Origin: a virus
Virus record (IMG/VR): IMGVR_UViG_3300028783_000001
Location: 64,001 to 128,000 of that record
Length of the DNA: 64,000 nt
Reading direction: 5' to 3' (one strand)
Each line of letters starts with the position of its first letter. The first letter of the stretch is position 1. This document shows, piece by piece, positions 8,953-16,400 of the stretch. A model generated the notes under the pieces. That model had not been told where the DNA came from, made no database searches, and saw only the letters and a program-made list of their open reading frames with translations. The position numbers were made by a program, and so were the translations under genes.

Positions 8953-9242
8953 TCATGTGTCAAGTCCCAGAGTGGCTAACGTTTATCGAGGGCGTGACGG
9001 CCGGTGTGTTCGTCGCCCTCATGTTCCACCTAATCTCTATCACAAGCAAGGCGTTACCAAAGCATATTGTAATGAGCGTAAATGATAGTGATCCAAATGA
9101 GTTTTGTATTGGGTTTGAGAACCGTGAGTCCGGCAAGCCGGTAAATACTCAGGGAATCGCACTATCAGAGAATATTGCCTACATGCTTCGCAATGATCTT
9201 GATGCGTGGCTCTTGAACAAGGCAAAGGCAAGGGTTGACTGA
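8949..9242 (+). CDS. membrane-anchored protein (family shared with 5908 and 8638)
   Basis: TM helix; LSENIAYMLRNDLDAWL. Confidence 0.65.
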   Translation: MIMCQVPEWLTFIEGVTAGVFVALMFHLISITSKALPKHIVMSVNDSDPNEFCIGFENRESGKPVNTQGIALSENIAYMLRNDLDAWLLNKAKARVD

Positions 9243-9433
9243 TGAGCACGAGCAAATACATAAATAATACCATGCGCCTGTTGTCCCGCGCGACAACGAT
9301 GTTGCTAGATGTATCCAGTTCAGACTGGAGAGCGTTTCGTCAGAGCCAGATACAGGAAGCAAAGAAGGTTCTTCATGAGGCATTGGAGCAGCTAACCCAT
9401 GCAGAGGTTGCGCTTGGGGAGGAAAAGGAATGA
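9242..9433 (+). CDS. hypothetical protein
   Basis: TGATG overlap; helical. Confidence 0.55.
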   Translation: MSTSKYINNTMRLLSRATTMLLDVSSSDWRAFRQSQIQEAKKVLHEALEQLTHAEVALGEEKE

Positions 9434-9627
9434 TCAATGGACAGCCTACCGAATATCGCAAGGACGCAATGCCATTCATCAAATGGAAGCACATCGACGG
9501 ACCAGTGCTAGTACTTCGCGACGGTCGTATGTAATGGCTAACGTGGTGGGACCGCTTCCAGCTATGGTTGGGAGTCTTAGATGCGGAGAGCCTAGAAAGA
9601 GAGATCCAGCATGCGAAATGGTTCTGA
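9430..9627 (+). pseudogene. small gene with one in-frame TAA at 9532-9534
   Basis: MINGQPTEY...HIDGPVLVLRDGRM*WLTWWDRFQLWLG...KWF; frame overlaps both neighbouring genes. Confidence 0.5.
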
Positions 9628-9907
9628 CGGTGTGTGGTCGACCATCAGCTGGATCTTGGTCGCGATGTTCGTCGTCGGCTACATGTGGTTAATAACCACG
9701 CCAGCACACGCAGCGAATAGTGAGCCGGTGTGGCGCGGCGATTACCTGCGCGCCTGCCCTTCGGTAACATACCCAGATGGTATCTTCTGCGTGCCCTATG
9801 ATCAAAACGGTCCCAGGGTCATGCCTATAGGAGCAGACGGATGCTTGCCCAATTTCAAGTTGGACACAGGTTGGTGCGTAGAACGCCTGAATCCTACTAC
9901 TGAGTAA
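9611..9907 (+). CDS. secreted or membrane-anchored Cys-containing protein
   Basis: hydrophobic N-terminus ending PAHA; four Cys. Confidence 0.6.
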   Translation: MRNGSDGVWSTISWILVAMFVVGYMWLITTPAHAANSEPVWRGDYLRACPSVTYPDGIFCVPYDQNGPRVMPIGADGCLPNFKLDTGWCVERLNPTTE

Positions 9908-9966
9908 ATAAAGGTTGAGGAAACGCTCAGGTGAGGGTACCCAAAACTCAAAAGAGGTATCCCACT

Positions 9967-10152
9967 ATGAACATTGCATGCTTCAAAGACACGGCCATAA
10001 TCACAGTCGTTGCTGGTGTAGTGCTGGTAACGGCTGCTGCTATAACAACCAGGGTTGGAATCATCCCGGAGGGTGCCGCTTTCAAAAGCACCCAGCATTG
10101 GGTAGTTCGCGACGGCTGGACGCCTCCACGGACTGGCAATACCAAGGACTAG
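9967..10152 (+). CDS. small membrane-anchored protein
   Basis: GAGG RBS; TM helix. Confidence 0.5.
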   Translation: MNIACFKDTAIITVVAGVVLVTAAAITTRVGIIPEGAAFKSTQHWVVRDGWTPPRTGNTKD

Positions 10153-10180
10153 GGCAACTCAAATCATGTAGGAGACTCCC

Positions 10181-10657
10181 ATGACTATAGATGGTACGCC
10201 GAAGATCATGTTGCTGGCACACACCTACGGTGATATACCCACTGACATATGGATAGGGCTTATCATAGCATTCTTCCTGCTCCTAGTGTCCATCCTGTTC
10301 GCGTGGATAGTTTCGTTTCATAAACCGAAACGGCTACCGAGAACGGTAGCCGAACTTCGCGCTGAGGTCCTGGAACGCCACGATAAGCTTGGTGAGGATA
10401 TCTGTAGTCAGATTCTAGAACGCCGCCGCGCCGGCAACGCGATGATGTTCGACAGCACAGGTAAGCTGACGTATGCGCCGGCTCGGAGCTACAGCGTCGG
10501 TGACGACATCAAGTGGAAGAGCGATTACGCTTGGGGTAACACCAAAAGTGGTGATGACTTTCTTTGGGGAAAGATAATCGCCATTAAGGACGACGTCTTG
10601 TGGGTCACAGGGTATGAACGTGGTGCACTGATTCACAAGTCGCAGATAGTGGAGTAG
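10181..10657 (+). CDS. membrane-anchored protein with C-terminal SH3/Tudor-like segment
   Basis: AGGAG RBS; TM; YSVGDDIKW...WGKIIAI. Confidence 0.6.
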   Translation: MTIDGTPKIMLLAHTYGDIPTDIWIGLIIAFFLLLVSILFAWIVSFHKPKRLPRTVAELRAEVLERHDKLGEDICSQILERRRAGNAMMFDSTGKLTYAPARSYSVGDDIKWKSDYAWGNTKSGDDFLWGKIIAIKDDVLWVTGYERGALIHKSQIVE

Positions 10658-10661
10658 GACA

Positions 10662-10928
10662 ATGCTCAGAATCCTAGCTACGTTGATAGTCGCGGTAAAC
10701 GCATTCGCACTATCCTTCATGACAGCGCTGACGCCAGAGATAGAGCGTAGCACGTTTACGCGCGGTGGCAGCATCGCTACGTTTGACGGTGCCTATCGCG
10801 CGACTACACTTCTGGTCATGAATCACTATCATCCAGTAGCGATGTGGACCATCGTTGGAGTAGCTGCCGGCGCGGTGCTTGCGATATGGAGCTGGCCAAT
10901 CCTAAACTTCTTGGGAGTGAAGCGATGA
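10662..10928 (+). CDS. two-TM membrane protein
   Basis: hydrophobic segments; GGAG RBS. Confidence 0.6.
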   Translation: MLRILATLIVAVNAFALSFMTALTPEIERSTFTRGGSIATFDGAYRATTLLVMNHYHPVAMWTIVGVAAGAVLAIWSWPILNFLGVKR

Positions 10929-11143
10929 AAAATACGGTAGGCGAGCTTATCAAGGATCTAGACCAGCAGGCAATTGGTGCAATGGTGCGAGTGTTTGGAA
11001 AGTCGGATACCATTGCGATCATGTTTCACAACGAGCGTGCAGCGGCAGAATACCACTGGCACGACGATACAGTGGCCTTGGTCCTTGCAAGAATCAAAGC
11101 CTCGGTTGAGGATGCTCCTCTGAACGTGGATGGTGGACCATGA
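10925..11143 (+). CDS. hypothetical protein
   Basis: ATGA overlap; GGAG RBS. Confidence 0.55.
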   Translation: MKNTVGELIKDLDQQAIGAMVRVFGKSDTIAIMFHNERAAAEYHWHDDTVALVLARIKASVEDAPLNVDGGP

Positions 11144-11373
11144 GTTATGCAAGATCATATCGTTGGCTGGCGGTAGACGGTCGGATGCACACGGCGACCG
11201 TCAGTAGCTACATGCGGAAGTCGGACTGCTGTGAAGACGTCGACCAGGCCGCATTGAACCTGGCAAGAGCAAACGGGTACCGTGGTGAGCCGCAGCCCAA
11301 GACGTGGATCGGCGTATGGTGGCTACAGATGCGTGGTCTGTGGAATGCATTGAGGGAGAAGAAGCATGCTTGA
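11140..11373 (+). CDS. hypothetical protein
   Basis: ATGA overlap. Confidence 0.55.
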   Translation: MSYARSYRWLAVDGRMHTATVSSYMRKSDCCEDVDQAALNLARANGYRGEPQPKTWIGVWWLQMRGLWNALREKKHA

Positions 11374-11737
11374 TCTTACCAAACCAGTTCAGACGCGGGG
11401 TGGATTACCCGCACGAATCGTGTGCACCGATATCAAGGGTAACTATCCGATAATGGCGCTGGTCCTTCGCGATGGAGCAGAGTTTCCAACTACACATCTT
11501 CCTGATGGACGATGGCATGTAACTTATGAGCATAGTGATAAGGATCTCATAAACGTTCCAGAGAAGCGAGTCGCCTACGCAAACGTCTACAAGACCTATA
11601 TTGGCGATACCCACGAAACGCTCGACCTGGCGCAAGTTGTGGCTAGATGTGCTTTCGATGATGGGCACTTAGGCACAATCAAACTCACTTTTGAGGGAGC
11701 CCAACTCAAAGACGTCTGCGTAGTGAGCAAGCCATGA
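11366..11737 (+). CDS. conserved-type phage hypothetical protein
   Basis: DLTKPVQTRGG.PARIVCTD...DKDLINVPE, a pattern I recognise from phage proteins. Confidence 0.65.
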   Translation: MLDLTKPVQTRGGLPARIVCTDIKGNYPIMALVLRDGAEFPTTHLPDGRWHVTYEHSDKDLINVPEKRVAYANVYKTYIGDTHETLDLAQVVARCAFDDGHLGTIKLTFEGAQLKDVCVVSKP

Positions 11738-11946
11738 AGGTTAAAGAGATTCGCTTCGACGTGAGGGCTACCATAAATATGGGGTCGTATGAATCACTCG
11801 TATTCGAGTATGGGGAGGTGCTCGACGTGTCCGACGAACCAGGTGTCTCAGAGATTCGGCGTAGACTACGTCATCGCTGCAAGGCTGTGGTTGAGCAGGA
11901 AATCGCAGCGGCACGGGCCGACGTCAAGAAGGTTGATAAGCGATGA
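11734..11946 (+). CDS. hypothetical protein
   Basis: ATGA overlap; TINMGSYES. Confidence 0.6.
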   Translation: MKVKEIRFDVRATINMGSYESLVFEYGEVLDVSDEPGVSEIRRRLRHRCKAVVEQEIAAARADVKKVDKR

Positions 11947-12221
11947 CTGACGTCAAGTGGGACCCCTTGGGAGATGAGGATGTAATCCCAGTCGCGGTGG
12001 TTCTCCTGAAGTTTGATCAGCAAAGCTCGTTTGGGTGGGCAGACGGATATATAAGAAGTCAGTATCAGACTGAGCATTCTGGAGATTGTACCCATCATCC
12101 GTGGACCTGCTCACGCTGCGCGTGCGATAAATTTATGGGAAAGGCTCGAAAACTGTTAGCCGAGATGGAAGCCTCAGAGCTTGGTGGGGACCTAACGTTT
12201 GTCGCTATGGTAGATGATTGA
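11943..12221 (+). CDS. putative Zn-binding protein
   Basis: HSGDCTHHPWTCSRCAC. Confidence 0.6.
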   Translation: MTDVKWDPLGDEDVIPVAVVLLKFDQQSSFGWADGYIRSQYQTEHSGDCTHHPWTCSRCACDKFMGKARKLLAEMEASELGGDLTFVAMVDD

Positions 12222-12319
12222 GGACGCAATGGACAAGAAGCAATACGACATCAATACCGAGGAACTGGACGTAACCGTGAGAAGCGTGAGACGAGTTGTT
12301 TATTGAGGGAGACAAGGCG

Positions 12320-12790
12320 ATGCAGCATGAACGGGAGGCAGGTGCTCCTGTTGTTCACAAGCCATACCACGTGGACACATTAGGAGCGCCGTTTAAAGTC
12401 ATCCTTAAAAATGGGGTGAAGTTTGGCGTGGACAAAGAAACTGGCGAAGAGACCGTGTCCATTCCCGACACGATAGGTCTTATCAACGCTGTCGTGCGGG
12501 CCAGAGTTTGCCATGCTAGAAAGCTGAACGGAGAAGAAATCAAATTCCTGCGGAAGGCCGTGGGTGTCCGCGCAAAAGTGCTCGCGGAATTTTTGGATAT
12601 GACCCCAGAGCATTTTTCACGCTGCGAAAATGGTATGAAGACCATGTCCGTCCAGAGTGAAAAGCAGTTCCGTATTTCTGCCTATTTGGCGTCGATGTTG
12701 GAAACTCCTGAGGACATGTTCAATCGCAATATTCCCAAGCCAAAACTGCCAAGCAATGTGGCAAAAAAGATTGCCGCGATGATGGCATAG
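12320..12790 (+). CDS. XRE/HTH antitoxin-like regulator (MqsA/HigA-like)
   Basis: LNGEEIKFLRKAVG...LAEFLDMTPEHFSRCENG; N-terminal PYH...VILKNGV...VSIPD; GGGAG RBS. Confidence 0.75.
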   Translation: MQHEREAGAPVVHKPYHVDTLGAPFKVILKNGVKFGVDKETGEETVSIPDTIGLINAVVRARVCHARKLNGEEIKFLRKAVGVRAKVLAEFLDMTPEHFSRCENGMKTMSVQSEKQFRISAYLASMLETPEDMFNRNIPKPKLPSNVAKKIAAMMA

Positions 12791-12840
12791 GGCCGCTTAT
12801 TAGTCGAGTATATAGTCGCGTAATTTAACGGGAGGTCGTA

Positions 12841-13059
12841 GTGGTCAAGGCGGGATCAGCTGAAGAGGCGGCACTTTATTACTTCGAAGATTGGAAGATA
12901 AACGACATAACAGGAGTCGGCAACGTTCAGTATGTTCACATGACGCGCACGGCTTATGGCCTGCACATGGAACAGACGTTGCAAGCCACACACCTAGGAT
13001 CTGGAAACTGGCAGGTGCTCGTGAGCCACGTTCCAGAGACGCGAAAGATAATCAGTTAA
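12841..13059 (+). CDS. hypothetical protein
   Basis: GGAGG RBS before GTG. Confidence 0.55.
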   Translation: MVKAGSAEEAALYYFEDWKINDITGVGNVQYVHMTRTAYGLHMEQTLQATHLGSGNWQVLVSHVPETRKIIS

Positions 13060-13069
13060 TGTCGACGAC

Positions 13070-13106
13070 AAAACCCCGCTGGATTGCTCCAGCGGGGTTT
13101 TCTTTT
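13070..13106. terminator. bidirectional intrinsic terminator at the +/- gene-block junction
   Basis: AAAACCCCGCTGGA-TTGC-TCCAGCGGGGTTTT(CTTTT): perfect stem with T-tracts on both strands. Confidence 0.9.
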
Positions 13107-13116
13107 GCCTAGAATA

Positions 13117-13425
13117 TTATCCTGCGCCTAATGGAAGCCCGACCGTCTGGCGTTTGGTGCGCCCACCCAATGTGGTGATTGTGCATTGGAGAAGTGCCAT
13201 TGGCTGCGACTGCACATTATAACCACCTGAGATCCAGACGATCACCTTCTTTCCGTCTGGTGAAATTGAGTCATTGAAGGCTCGCAATCCAACAGGGGCG
13301 TCCCAGTGAACTGATATGATGGTATCCCCTGGATCGAGCCACGACGCGAAGTTTAGGCAGTAGTCAAGCGTATCACGTATGTCATGCAAAGGCCAATGCG
13401 GATAATTAGATAGCAAGTCGGACAT
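13117..13425 (-). CDS. phage fibre-tail adaptor-like protein
   Basis: DTLDYCLNFASWLDPGDTI...VIVWISGG...CTITTLGGRT. Confidence 0.7.
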   Translation of the reverse strand: MSDLLSNYPHWPLHDIRDTLDYCLNFASWLDPGDTIISVHWDAPVGLRAFNDSISPDGKKVIVWISGGYNVQSQPMALLQCTITTLGGRTKRQTVGLPLGAG

Positions 13426-13449
13426 GGCAAAACTCCTAGGGTTTCACTA

Positions 13450-13458
13450 AAAATTGGT
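13450..13458 (-). promoter_or_regulatory. ACCAATTTT candidate late promoter, copy 1
   Basis: intergenic, about 25 nt upstream of ATG 13425. Confidence 0.55.
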
Positions 13459-13459
13459 A

Positions 13460-16400
13460 TTACCGAATGTTGATCGTGCGTGACTGGTAGCGGATAGCAA
13501 CCGTATTGAATGGTAGCTGTTCCCTAGCGTTTATGGTGATAGTCTCCACCCTACCAAGCTCCACGATAGCTTGTGCTAGTGGTATGGTAAACATATTAAT
13601 GGTGCTAGATAGTGATCTAGTTGTAGCTGTTGCATCTGCTGATATAGCATCACCACCTGGATCAGCAACTGCACCTTGAGTTGCTGCAACTGACCTAGCT
13701 GACGGTAGTGGTATGGCTTCAGTTACATACAACGGAGCTATATTCACAACTACGCCAGCTCTAGGTAGCAGCGCAAAGAGCCAAGGAGCAGTTAGCGGAG
13801 CTGATAATGCTCTACTACTAACGGCAACCCCTTTTGATGCTACGTCGGAATATGAAGCAGCAACTGCCGTTGCAACTGCAATAGTATTAGATTGGATTAT
13901 AAAGAATATTTGCGGAGCAAATACGCCAAGAATTTCTGCTGCGGATGTTCCTACCAACGCAGTTAGTATTACATCGGAGAAGTTTCCTGCTGATGCGGCT
14001 ACCAACGTGGATGCTACGGTAAACAACTTAATAGGCGTAAACAGGCCGCATGCCGACGTAGATACAGCTCCCATAGCTAGCAACCCTGTCTGGATTGCAT
14101 AAGTTGCCGCAGCAGTTGCTACGTTCGCTCCAGTAGGTGTAGAGCTTGTATTATGCAGCAACAACCCAGCAGAAGGGGTAGCTGCAACACCAATTAGAGC
14201 GATTGCACTAGTTGGTAACGGAGCTTGTGCCGTCGATGAAACTAATGCTCCTGTTAGAGTTTGTTGTGGAACAAATATTTTAGCTACCGAAGTAGCTTGC
14301 GCTCCTGATAGAGTCGGTTGCGTTACAAACCAACTGGCATTAGATGAAACTTGCAACCCGATTAAGGTAGGTGATGCATAAAACTGATTTGCTGTAGTGG
14401 TTACAAAGGTACCTACTACAGCAACCAAGGGGGTGAATCGGTTTGCCGTAGAGGTGGTTTGAGCACCGTTGATGGTTAGTGTAGTAGCTGTCTGTAATGA
14501 CTGACCAGCAGTAACAACCGCAGCACTATAGACGGTGAGATTCGGCCAAAATGAATTGCAACCAACCATTACTTGTGCACCGCTCAACACATCTTGCGGA
14601 GAGAAGATGCTGGCGATTGCAGATAATTGCGTTCCAAATAAGGTAGGTTCGGGCACAAACACCTGAGCTGACGTAACAATCTGTCCACCAGAGGTGGAAG
14701 GCGAGGACCAAAATCTTTGGGCTGCTGATAATACCGACGCGCCTGTTGTGGTTGGCGTCAATGTGGTTGATAGAACTTGTGCAGTAGTTACAGACTGACT
14801 ACCAACTGCTGTAGGTTTATTCCATAATGGACCTGCAGTAGCTGCTACGCTAATACCTGCAAGGACAGTCTGGAGAGTTATGCCGTTTAATGGTTGCCCG
14901 CTTACAGAGACGAATACTCCAATTAAGGTAGGTTTATTCCAGAATATATTAACCGACGACACTACCAACGTGCTTAGCACAATAGGAGCAAACCAGAAAG
15001 AGTTTGCAGCTTCAACTGCTTGTGCACCAACTACAGTTGGTTGTGGTATGAAAACGTTTGCTGTTGTGGTTACAGTAGAACCAAACAGCAATGCGCTAGT
15101 TGCATACGCCAAAGATCCAGCAGACGAACCGACTTGTACTCCAGTCGCTATCGGTTTAGGAAAGAATGTGTTTGCAGCACTTACCGCACCAACACTCAAC
15201 CAGATGCCCAATTGAATCGAGCCAGCAGACGCAATTGCGGCCACTCCTGGAAGTGTTGGTTTCTCCTGGAAATAATATGCACTCGTAGTGGCCTGCACAC
15301 CTGTTAATAATGGTGCCAACCAAAACAGATTGCACGAAGATACAACTGCTGTGCCAAGTATGGTGGGTTGATTATAAAATGATTGTCCGCTGGAAGCTAC
15401 CTGTGCTCCGGCTACTGCTACACCAACTTGTACCCACAGCGCATTTGCCGTAGTAGATACCGCAGCGCCGGTAAACGACGGTGCTACCTGCTGACCAAAT
15501 ATATTTGATGAGGTTATTACCGACGCACCGGTAACTGGTATGTTTTGACTGAATATGCTGGCGATGGCAACTGTCGCCGCGCCGACCAATACAGGCTTAG
15601 GCATAAACGCCGATGAACTAGCAACACTACTTACACCAACTAGGGTTGGCGACGTCCAAAACGGGTTTGCATAAGAAGTCGTGGTAGTTCCAATTATCGG
15701 TATTATCATCCACAGAGCATTAGCGGTTGAAACCGTGAGAGCACCAACTAACACTGGTTGTCTAATAAACATCACAGCATTAGTTGTGCTGCTAGTTCCA
15801 ATCAACGTTGGCTGAAGCCAAAATGCGTTTGCCGATGCTGTGGCTTGTGTTCCAGGTATGTAGGGGTTTGGTGAGAATGCGCTAGTTTGTGTAGCTACCT
15901 GACATCCAACAAAGCGAGGAGCTGAGTTGAATACATTTGCAGTAGAGTTTACCAGACCTCCGGTTAGTGTTGGAGAAGAGGCAAATGGACCAGCTGATGC
16001 AGTTGTCTGATTACCTGCCGCTGTTGGTTGTGGAACAAATATGCCGGCGGTTGATGAAGCCTGTGCACCGGTTGAAGTTGGTGCAGGGTTGAATACATTT
16101 GCAGTAGAGTTTACCAGACCTCCGGTTAATGTTGGAGAAGAGGCAAATATCCCAGCTATAGCCGACGACTGAACACCAGACAACGTTGGTTGTGGAACAA
16201 ATATATTTGCAGTAGAGCTAGCCTGCGCTCCAGCTGGAGTAGGTGCAGGGTTGAATATGTTTGCAGTAGTTGTTCCTAGTGCACTACCAAATATATGCTG
16301 AACAATTACAGGCACAAAAGATTGTGCTGCGGATGTAATCTGCGGTCCGATTAAGGTCGGTGATAGGACAAACGCATTCGCTATGGTAACAACTGGTGCA

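Noticed and set aside
9399-9692. 97-aa ORF in the track
   Set aside because: It overlaps both neighbours heavily; the interrupted frame 9430-9627 fits the gene packing better.
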